From Convolutriloba macropyga (lineage: Eukaryota), in contig NC_134476.1 of the NCBI RefSeq assembly GCF_964194025.1, positions 4,836,001 through 4,900,000 on the forward strand: DNA of 64,000 nt, written 5' to 3'. Shown here piece by piece: positions 13,662-24,617 of the stretch (positions within the stretch are counted from its first letter, which is position 1; each line of letters begins with the position of its first letter). The notes under the pieces are model-generated. The model was not told the origin of the DNA. It ran no database searches and saw nothing but the letters and a program-made list of their open reading frames with translations. Made by a program: the position numbers and the translations under genes.

Positions 13662-16008
13662 ACTAACAGGCTGAGAAGTAATTTTTTTGACTGATTATCT
13701 GTTTGTATTTCCGGTATAATTTCAGATCCAAAAACTATTATTTCCTGAGGTGACTAATTGACTGTTTAATTTGTAATATCTCTTTTTTACACTCAGAAAA
13801 AGCTGAATTTCATGTATGCTTTTGAATTGATACTTTGATAAAATAATTTATTTGAGTTTTACAAATGCAATTTTCGAAATTAACTTTTATTTCAAGTTCA
13901 TATTTGAATTAAAATTTATGTCAAAAAATGCCTGTTTTTGTAATATCTGTTTTTTTCTCAAAAATGGCGGTTAACGACAAAAAAGGCTTGTTTTCATAAA
14001 ATTTTTTTTCAAAAACGCGGGTTTTTTGGCTTCTGCAATGAACTCCCGGCAGCTGATACTGGATGACGCAAAACGATTACAGTGATAATTTCGAAGCAAA
14101 CTCCAGCAGCAATTCTTCCCATCAGAATATTGCAATAAGCGTGCTGCCTTTGATAATAGATTACCTGGTCATTTAAAAGAAGAATTTTTGGCAGGAATTT
14201 TTAGAAACAGATACTCATACAAATCTTTAGGTATAGAATTTACCATTTTTAAAAAAAAGTTGAAAACCTTTTGCATAATTTTTTAATGTTTAGAAAAAAT
14301 ATTCTTTTACTATCCCATTTTTTTCAAAGAAGTCGTTTTTTTACAAAAGGTTTCTTTTTTCATTTTTCCATTTGTCAGTTTTTGAAGTTTTTTAATGTGA
14401 AGTTTTGAATTGAATCATTGTTTTAAATGAAAATCTTTCTTACTAAAATGATTTTCTTTGAAAATTGTTGTGTTTTACACACTGTTTTTAACAAAAATAT
14501 AAATCTTGATGTTTTTTTAATTTTTTATTTCTCCTTTTTTTTCTGTTTTTTTTAATGTAAAAATTTAATTTTAATTAATTTTTTTTTTGAAAAAACAAAA
14601 TTTTACTAGAATAATCTTTCTTTCAAAAATGCCTTTTTTTCATAAGGTTTTAAACAAAAAATGCAAATTGTGTTGTTTTTTATTGTTTTATTTTTCCTTT
14701 TTTTCTGTTTTTGAATTTTTTAACGTAAAATTTTAAGTTTTTTTTTCGAAAGAATTTGTTTTTACTAAAAAAAATTTCTGTCAAAAATGCCGTTTTTTAC
14801 ATAAGGTTTTTAACAAAAAATGCAATTTGTGTTGTTTTTTATTTTTCTATTTTTCCTTTTTTCTGTTTTTGAATTTTTTTTATGTAAAATTTTAAATTTT
14901 TTTTTCGAAAAATCTTGTTTTACTAAAAAAAATTTCTGTCAAAAATGCCGTTTTTTACATAAGGTTTTTAACAAAAAATGCAACTTGTGTTGTTTTTTAT
15001 TTTTCTATTTTTCTTTTTTTCTGTTTTTGAATTTTTTAATGTAAAATATGAAATTTAATTAATTTCTTTTTGAAAAAACAAATTTTACTAGAATAATTTT
15101 TTTTTCAAAAATGCCGTTTTTTACATAAGGTTTTAAACAAAAAATGCAACTTGTGTTGTTTTTTTATTTTTCTATTTTTCATTTTTTTCTGCTTTCGAAT
15201 TTTTTTATGTAGAATTTAATTCTTTTTTGAACAAACAAGTTTTACTAGAATAATTTATCTTTCAAAAATGCCGTTTTTTACATAAAGTTTTTACCAAAAA
15301 AAGCTATTTTTGTTTTTTAATTTTCTATTTTTTAGTTTTTGAATTTTCTTATTGAATTACTTTTTTTTCTTAAAAATGTTGTTTTCTTAAATATTTTTTG
15401 GCAAAAATGCCGTTTTTTACATTATGTATTTAACAAAAAATGTGAATTTTGTTGTTTTTAACTTTTCTGTTTTTCCTTTTTTCAGTTTTGGAAGTTTTTT
15501 TTGTAAAATTTTTAATTTAATTTTTTTTTGAAAAAACATTGTTTTAGTAAAACAATTTTTTTCCAAATGTCGTTTTTTGCATAATATTTTCAACAAAAAA
15601 TGTAAGTTTGATGTTTTTTTCTTTTTCGATTTTTTAATTTTTCAGCTCTTGATGTTTTTTTGCAATTTCTTTAGCAAAGCAGAAAATTGTAAAAATCAAT
15701 GTATTACAATTATTACAAAAATCAATTATTTATTACAATTATTTATTACAAATTAATACATTTATTAATAAAATTTGCGGAAATCTATAACAAATCAAGC
15801 TTTTGATGACAAGCATATTTGTTTGAATTTTATCATTTTAAACAATTACATTTTTATTGATATCATGTTCTTCTTGAGAAATTCCGATTTATTCATCGTC
15901 TCGTGATAAAAATACTTCAGAGTAAACCCTGGGGTACCGGTGTCGCGTGGTGACAATTACTGGCTTCAAGCATCCCTAGCGTGCATCTCTGGATGTTGTT
16001 CGGAAATT

Positions 16009-16065
16009 AAAGATCGTTGGGCGCGCAGAACGCGCCTCGCGGCAGAGCCGCGATCAACGATCTTT
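16009..16065. other. GC-rich Y-shaped (three-way) hairpin, copy 1
   Basis: Stem AAAGATCGTTG/CAACGATCTTT with ears GGCGCG-CAGAA-CGCGCC and TCGCGGC-AGA-GCCGCGA. Confidence 0.8.
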
Positions 16066-17587
16066 TAAAAACTGAAAAACTGAAAAATGTCTTCCAAAAC
16101 TGAAAAAAGGAAAAACAGAAAAGTAAAAAACAACAAAATTCACATTTTTTGTAAATTACATAATGTAAAAAACGGCATTTTTTGCCAAAAAATGTTTTAG
16201 AAAACAACATAATAAAAAAAATAATTCAATAAAAAATTCAAAAACTGAAAAATAGAAAAATAAAAAACAACACAAGTTGCATTTTTTGTTTAAAAGCTTA
16301 TGTAAAAAACGGCATTTTTGAAAAAAAAAACATTCTAGTAAAACTTGTTTTTTCAAAAAGGAAATTAATTAAATTTCCTATTTTCCATTAAAAAATTCAA
16401 AAACAGAAAAAAGGAAAAATAGAAAAATAAAAAACAACACAAGTTGCCTTTTTTGTTAAAAACCTTATGTAAAAAACAGCATTTTTGACAGAAATTTTTT
16501 TTAGTAAAACAAAATTTTTTAAAAAAAAAATTTAAAATTTTACATAAAGGTTTTAAACAAAAAATGCAACTTGTGTTGTTCTTCATTTTTTATTCTTCCT
16601 TTTTTTTCTGTTTTTGAATTTTTTCATGTAAAAGTTTAAAATTTTTTACTCAAAAAATTTTGTTTTACTAAAAAAAATTTCTTTCAAAAATGCCGTTTTT
16701 TACATAAGGTTTTAAACAAAAAATGCAACTTGTGTTGTTTTTTTATTTTTCTATTTTTCATTTTTTTCTGCTTTCGAATTTTTTTATGTAAAATTTAATT
16801 CTTTTTTGAACAAACAAGTTTTACTAGAATAATTTATCTTTCAAAAATGCCGTTTTTTACATAAAGTTTTTACCAAAAAATGCTATTTTTGCTTTTTAAT
16901 TTTCTATTTTTCAGTTTTTGAATTTTTTATTGAATTACTTTTTTTTTCTTAAAAAATGTTGTTTCCTTAAACATTTTTTGGCAAAAATGCCGTTTTTTAC
17001 ATTATGTATTTAACAAAAAATGCGAATTTTGTTGTTTTTAACTTTTCTGTTTTTCCTTTTTTCAGTTTTGGAAGTTTTTTTGTAAAATTTTTAATGTAAT
17101 TTTTTTTTGAAAAAAGATTGTTTTAGTAAAACAATTTTTTTCCAAATGTCGTTTTTTGCATAATATTTTACACAAAAAATGTAAGTTTGATGTTTTTTCT
17201 TTTTCGATTTTTTAATTTTTCAGCTCTTGATGTTTTTTGCAATTTCTTTAGCAAAGCAGAAAACTGTAAAAATCAATGTATTACAATTATTACAAAAATC
17301 AATTATTTATTACAATTATTTATTACAAATTAATACATTTATTAATAAAATTTGCGGAAATCTATAACAAATCAAGCTTTTGATGACAAGCATATTTGTT
17401 TTAATTTTATCATTTTAAACAATTACATTTTTATTCATATCATGTTCTTCTTGAGAAATTCCGATTTATTCATCGTCTCGTGATAAACATACTTCAGAGT
17501 AAACCCTGGGGTACCGGTGTCGCGTGGTGACAATTACTGGCTTCAAGCATCCCTAGCGTGCATCTCTGGATGTTGTTCGGAAATTAT

Positions 17588-17640
17588 AGATCGTTGGGCG
17601 CGCAGAACGCGCCTCGCGGCAGAGCCGCGATCAACGATCT
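17588..17640. other. GC-rich Y-shaped hairpin, copy 2
   Basis: Same ears; stem AGATCGTTG/CAACGATCT; direct repeat of copy 1 at an offset of 1577 bp. Confidence 0.8.
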
Positions 17641-19849
17641 CTTAAAAACTGAAAAACTGAAAAAAGTCTTCCAAAACTGAAAAAAGGAAAAACAGAAAAG
17701 TAAAAAACAACAAAATTCACATTTTTTATAAATTACATAATGTAAAAAACGGCATTTTTTGCCAAAAAATGTTTTAGAAAACAACATAATAAAAAAATAA
17801 TTCAATAAAAAATTCAAAAACTGAAAAATAGAAAAATAAAAAACAACACAAGTTGCACTTTTTGTTATAAACCTTATGTAAAAAACGGCATTTTTGACAG
17901 AATTTTTTTTAGTAAAACAAAAATTTTCGAAAAAAAAATTTAAAGTTTTACATAAAAAAATTCAAAAACAGAAAAAAGGAAAAATAGAAAAATAAAAAAC
18001 AACACAAGTTGCTTTTTTTGTTAAAAACCTTATGTAAAGAACGGCATTTTTGAAATAAATTTTTTTTATTAAAACAAAATTTTTCCAATAAAAATTTTTA
18101 GAATTTTACATGAAAAAAATCAAAAACAGAAAAAAAAGGAAAAATAAAAAATGAAGAACAACACAAGTTGCATTTTTTGTTTAAAACCTTATGTAAAAAA
18201 CGGCATTTTTGAAAAAAAAAATTATTCTAGTAAAACTTGTTTTTTCAAAAAGGAAATTAATTAAATTTCCTATTTTCCATTAAAAAATTCAAAAACAGAA
18301 AAAAGGAAAAATAGAAAAATAAAAAACAACACAAGTTGCTTTTTTTGTTTAAAACCTTATGTAAAGAACGGCATTTCTGAAATAAATTTTTTTACTAAAA
18401 CAAAATTTTTCGAATAAAAAATTTTAGAATTTTACATGAAAAAAATCAAAAACAGAAAAAAAAGGAAAAATAAAAAATGAAGAACGACACAAGTTGCATT
18501 TTTTGTTTAAAACCTTATGTAAAAAACGGCATTTTTGAAAAAAAAATTATTCTAGTAAAACTTGTTTTTTCAAAAAGGAAATTGATTAAATTTCCTATTT
18601 TCCATTAAAAAATTCAAAAACAGAAAAAAGGAAAAATAGAAAAATAAAAAAAAACACAAGTTGCCTTTTTTGTAAAAACCTTATGTAAAAAACAGCATTT
18701 TTGACAGAAATTTTTTTTAGTAAAACAAAATTTTTCGAAAAAAAATTTAAAATTTTACATAAAAAAATTCAAAAACAGAGAAAAAGGAAAAAAACAACAC
18801 AATTTGCATTTTTTGTTAAAAGCCTTATGAAAAAAATGCATTTTTGAAAGAAAAATTATTCTAGTAAAATTTTGTTTTTTCAAAAAAAATTAATTAAAAT
18901 TAAATTTTCACATAAAAAAATTAAAAAACAGAAAAAAGGAGAAATAAAAAATAAAAACCATCAAGATTTATATTTTTGTTAAAAACAGTGTGTAAAACAC
19001 AACAATTTTCAAAAAAAAAATCATTTTAGTAAAAAAGATTTTCATTTAAAAAAATGATTCAATTCAAAAATTCATATTAAAAAACTTCAAAAACTGACAA
19101 ATGGAAAAATGAAAAAAGAAACCTTTTGTAAAAAAACGACTTCTTTGAAAAAAATGGGATAGTAAATTATACAGTAAATTATACAGCAAAAATGGGATAG
19201 TAAATTATATAGTCAAAACAGTAAAAAATTATGCAAAAGGTTTTCAACTTTTTTTTTTTAAAAAATTGTAAAATCTATACTTAAAGATTTGTATGAGTAT
19301 CTGTTTCTAAAAATTCCTGCCAAAAATTCTTCTTTTAAATGACCAGGTAATCTATTATCAAAGGCAGCACGCTTATTGCAATATTCTGATGGGAAGAATT
19401 GCTGCTGGAGTTTGCTTCGAAATTATCACTGTAATCGTTTTGCGTCATCCAGTATCAGCTGCCGGGAGTTCATTGCAGAAGCCAAAAAACCCGCGTTTTT
19501 GAAAAAAAATTTTATGAAAACAAGCCTTTTTTGTCGTTAACCGCCATTTTTGAGAAAAAAACAGATATTACAAAAACAGGCATTTTTTGACATAAATTTT
19601 AATTCAAATATGAACTTGAAATAAAAGTTAATTTCGAAAATTGCATTTGTAAAACTCAAATAAATTATTTTATCAAAGTATCAATTCAAAAGCATACATG
19701 AAATTCAGCTTTTTCTGAGTGTAAAAAAGAGATATTACAAATTAAACAGTCAATTAGTCACCTCAGGAAATAATAGTTTTTGGATCTGAAATTATACCGG
19801 AAATACAAACAGATAATCAGTCAAAAAAATTACTTCTCAGCCTGTTAGT

Positions 19850-20935
19850 TTAGGTACTATACAACTCAGCAGCTTGTCTCAATTTGCACGATGGAGGACA
19901 CAAGTTGTCTTTGTTTTCATCACCATCTAAATTTTTACTTCCCACTCTTTCAGGGTTATTGACAGCAGGAGCCCTTCTCTTGACAGTCGTTTGTGTACAA
20001 GATGCTGGTTGCTCAGATTTAAGGAAAGTTTTTTCAGATATTTTTTCACTTGCTTCATTAGATAAAATATGATCTTGGTAATCTGTATAATCATTGAGTA
20101 CAGTACTAAGGATGGTTCTGGCAGACTTGATTGAAGTATTTTCAACACTCGATGCTCCCTGTACTTCTTTCATTGCATCTTGTCCAGTGTCTGTAGAAAA
20201 TTACGCAAAAGGGACTGCCTGGTCAGATTTTTTGTTGTCTAACTTGGGATCAAGTGCGTTCTCTTCTTCTATAATTGCGATAATACTCCCTGTCAATGAC
20301 CCATTTTCCCACTCGTCACAATCCCGATCAGGTTTCTGCTCCTGCAAATGGTCATACTCGTCAGACACACACCAGAGAAATTTAAGTTACCTCTCCTCCT
20401 CATAAAATCCTAATTGATTTTCATACATTGGTCTATAGGGCAACTCATAATCACAAAATTGTGCACGTTCCATGTTGTCTGAGACTTGTAAAGTTTTGTT
20501 TTCGATGTAGTTCTCGTAGAAGTCTACAGTTGTCTGTTTGTATGGAAGAGAAACTTCTGGCAAATTCTCAATTGCAATAATGAAGAACAGAAGCTGCCTC
20601 GGAATGGAGAATGGAGGTTCAGCTACCCAGCCGAAGCACGTCTTCCTCTCCTTTATAATTGCTACATCATCATTGAAATCGGGGAAGAAGAAGTGGGCCT
20701 TAAGACTTTCGTTCAATTTCACAGATTTGATATTCAGCTTTTTTTAGGTGACGACGGTTGAACTCCTAAACAAATTGAAAATACAGATATTGAAAAAAAC
20801 TTTCTCTCTGAAGAAATAATATGCTATTTGCGAATGAGTACGATGATTATAATAGCCCATTATTTTTCTTTTTTGGTCTGTTTTCGTATTCTATAACAGA
20901 GTTGACTTACCTGGAATGGGAAATAGGAAGATGTC
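19850..20935 (-). pseudogene. Mirror copy of cargo gene, further disabled
   Basis: Shares the GCG-TAA stop; adds an 8-nt deletion removing the ATG, a 15-nt in-frame deletion (MELRRSVIAQ to MERAQ) and GAA>TAA at 20387-20389. Confidence 0.65.
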
Positions 20936-23900
20936 CTAGAGATGAAGAATCTCCACTGAAAGGTTTATAACTGAAAATTTAGGTTTGTAGGAAAAGGAGA
21001 TTAAACTTGTCTCCGAAAAAAAATGAAAAAGTCTAATTATAGCTAAGTTGTTGAACAGAACGAAAATAAGCGCAATGAGTTGAATTTTTGTTTGTGCACT
21101 ACAATAAAAAAACGACATCATTATGACGCAATAGTGACGTAATTGTTACAATACTATGAGTAAGACTTCAAGCACGTGAGCTGTGCATGCTTTGATAAAA
21201 TAGGAATAATATCGTAAGTAGTAAGGATTATTTTATGTTCACATGAGTTCAGTGACCCCATACAATACATAGGTATCCCTAATTGAAGCAATCATATGAC
21301 GTAGCTGGAGTAAATTTTGTACCAAAGAGGTCAGTGGCCCTCTTACACAAAATGATCACGTAATTGTTATTAATTGAGAAGATAGTAGGACGTAATTGTT
21401 AAATTACTATGATTGAACTTTTAACGATTAATTCTGTACAATAGCAATAAATTCGTGACAAATTTGTACTCATTAAACCTATATCGATCACCTGAGAAGA
21501 TTCGTCTTTACAAAAGATGATCTCAAAAATTGATGTTTTAAGGTCACTAAATACTTGGATTGTTGATAAGAAATTAGAGAAAAACGGATGATGGCAAGAT
21601 TGTCTAATTTTTGATATATTTTAGATAAATATTTGATAAAATTTTGTTATTTTGGTTACAATTTGGGTATTTTTTGACAAGATTTTGCTATTTTGTGGTA
21701 AAAATGGGTATTTTTGGCGACACTTGTGTCTCGGTGTGGCAAGTATTGGGATATTTTTACTAGAACTGCGTTCCTTGTCGCAGGAATTAGGTATTTTTGG
21801 CAAAAGTTTAGTATATTGTGGTAATAAATGTGTATTTTTGCTATGAATTGTGTAATTCATGACTAGAAACAGATAATCTTGGGCTAGAATTGTTTTTTTT
21901 TACAACAGTTTGATATTTTTTGGTAACATTTGAGTTTTTTGACAATAATTGGATATTTTGGGTCAAGAATTGGGTGTCTTTCACCAAGACCTGGGCTCTG
22001 TTGGCAATAGTTGGGAATTTTTCACATTGGTTGAGTGTTTGTTTTTCAAGAATTTGGGATTTTTTTGCCAATATTTGGGTTTTTTTCGGCAATAATTGGG
22101 TAATTTTTGGCAATAATTGGGTATTTTTTCCAAGAACTTTTACTTTAGCAATGACTTATAAATTATGCCCTCTGCATTCTGCCTGAAAAATTACAATATA
22201 AAGATGTACTGTAACACAAAATTCCAAAAAAAATAGTTCGAGGTTTCAGGTTTCAGAAGCTGAAACTTCGCAAAAACCCAAAAATTGTAACTTCCTAGGG
22301 TCAAATAAATCACTATCAAATGCATTGTTTAAAAACAACATATAGAGTGATGATATAAGTTACCATTCTCGAAGAAAATTTTTTGTAGTTTGATGTTTGA
22401 GAAACTAAAACTACATAAAACCCAAACCCATAATCTACAATTGACCGTGAAATTACCGCCATTGAATTCCACTTCGAAAAATACCCTCTAAAGTTGTACT
22501 GTAGTATACATTTTCGACCAAAAAAATTTTTAGTTTGAGGTTTCAGAATCTGAAACTGTGAAAAAACAAAAAAATTTTCAGTGATGGTTTTCTGTGCTTT
22601 AGTATTTTTCAACGAAATCTGAGTTAAAAAATTTTAATCGATTATTTGAACATCATTATCTGAAAAAATTTGTTCATGGTTTCGGGTTTGCGAAACTGAA
22701 ACTACTGAGAAATAAACCAGAAACTACGAAAAGAAACTGCCAAAAAGTCTTGCATACTTTCACATCATCAGGAGTAAAAAAAAGTTAAAAAATGAAATTT
22801 TCAAAAATAGATTTTACAGAAGATTTTGTGAAAAATTTTCAATATATTGAAATTATTCGAACCAAAACTTCATTAATAATCAAAAACTAAAACTTGGATA
22901 ATTGAAAAAGTTATGCGTAAATGAAGTGAATGAAAGAAAAAATTCTGCAGATATATTTTATTAAGTAGATAAGATTAGCTGAAGTGCATTAGAGCGGATG
23001 CATTTCCCTGGGGTAATTAAGATAATTACCCCTGGGTAATTACGATAAGATGACAGGTCTATTGTTCTCACTCTCTTTTTTAGGTACGTCTTTGGAAAAT
23101 TGATGAAAATAGGCTATAGGTAATCTTTATACATAGGTACGTCCTTTTACCCCCCCCCCCCCCCAGCTCTGCTCACCTACTACTACTGTTACTATATAAA
23201 CGGTGGTAATGAAAGAGTGCGGCAAACTCGACAACAGTGTGACTATCTTCAAATCATCTGCCTCTGTGGTAGTCTTAATAGTCTTAATTTACTATGTGGT
23301 ATAAGTTATGCAGCTTTTATGAAAGCAACAAGATTTGATTTAAAACATTAAACGGAGTGGTTTAAACAATATGGCTTTCTATTGGAGTTTGATAACTTTT
23401 GGGTGGCAATAATAATAACTTTGCTGCAGCTAATATTGTCACAAAAGAGTTTCACAGAGCAAACGTCATTATGAATAAATGTCCAAAGGATGAATTGAAT
23501 TGAAGGGATTACAAAAAAAGATAAATTTCTTTCCGCATATTCAACCATTATCTTCTTCAACCACATAAACGCAACGCCAAATAGAGTCCAAGAAAAAATT
23601 GTTTTGTTGTATTAATTGAGCAGTCTTTTAAACAACTTCGATAACAGCAAACCAATGAATGTAAAACTTTTATAACTTTTATTCAGGCAAATCTTAACGG
23701 AAAAGCAATAATCTGCAAACAAGACCCAACTCATCTGTGATTTGTCTACAAAAATTGAAGTCTGAAACACTATTTTGATTTCATCCTTGATTTATTATAC
23801 TTGACTCAGTATAAGTCAGGTTTTTATAGTTGAATGGTTTTCGTTACAAAATGTTTCAGATTTTCATCTACGTTCTGCTTTGTTTTAGCTCTGTCTAGTG

Positions 23901-24617
23901 AATTCTGATTAATACAGAACTCTATACAATACATGTGTTAAACTCGACAAAAGAATAATTAAACATCTAAGCAGTTTTTTTCCATAATTTAAGCCAAAAT
24001 AAAATAAGTGACTCCTTCAAATCTGTTGTGTTAGGAGGTCATTTTGGAAGAGTATTTTACCGTTTGAGATGTCCGCATATGAAAATCCAATTAAAAGAAT
24101 TATTATAAATTTGGAATTTTGAGAAAAACTGTTCACTATTTTCGCTCTTGAAAGATTATGACATTAAGGCATAAATAAATGTGTTTTGTAGATAAATGTG
24201 AGTCCTCCCCTGCCCAATTTGTACAAGAGAGTTGTAAGATTGCTTTCAATGTCTCAAAGGAAACATTTGTGACTGAAACAAAATCCTATGATTACATGCT
24301 CTTGAAAGAGATGCAATATTGTCAATTCTTAGAACTCCTAAGTAAATTTAATTAGTTTGTATGATGAATAAAATTGTTAAATTTGCAAGTTCAAAATTGT
24401 AAGATAATTTTGTATGAAAATTAGACTATTTAATTGTCAAGTTCATAATCAGCATTCATAAAAGATTTATTTGTCCTCCGACAGTTTAGCATTTTCCGCA
24501 TAAGATGAATTAATTGCTCTTTTTTAGTCAGAGGAGGTTTCGTGATCGTTGTTTGACAGGGTTGCGTAATCTCAGTTTGATCGGTTTACATAATCACTGT
24601 CTGTTCGGGTTACGTAA

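Larger units (their letters stand above)
14300..19150. repeat. ~160-bp A/T-skewed satellite arrays in alternating orientation around two unique cores
   Basis: Unit marker AAAATGCCGTTTTTTACATAAGGTTTT. T-rich ~14300-15660, A-rich ~16065-16545, T-rich ~16545-17240, A-rich ~17640-19150. Confidence 0.85.
10159..23187. mobile_element. Non-autonomous fold-back element with Polinton/Maverick-type termini (13,029 bp)
   Basis: Left end AGTAGTAGTATGTGAGCAGAGCTG(G)n; right end (C)nCAGCTCTGCTCACCTACTACTACT; both flanked by GTTACT (10153-10158, 23188-23193). The arms (~10159-15490 and ~17665-23187) are near-identical inverted copies. No long ORF. Confidence 0.8.

Noticed and set aside
15900-16065. Hammerhead or other self-cleaving ribozyme in the GC-rich core
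   Set aside because: No CTGANGA/GAAA core around the three-way junction on either strand; other classes cannot be judged by eye.
14820-17817. F/K/C-rich ORFs (14820-15044, 16007-16586, 17584-17817)
   Set aside because: Translations of the A/T-skewed satellite; no coding signal.
10160-23186. Reading the element as hAT/Mutator/Foldback with an 8-10-bp TSD
   Set aside because: Possible, but maximal TIR symmetry extends to 10159/23187 and leaves exactly 6 bp with (AGT)n ends, which fits Polintons better; kept only as the alternative.
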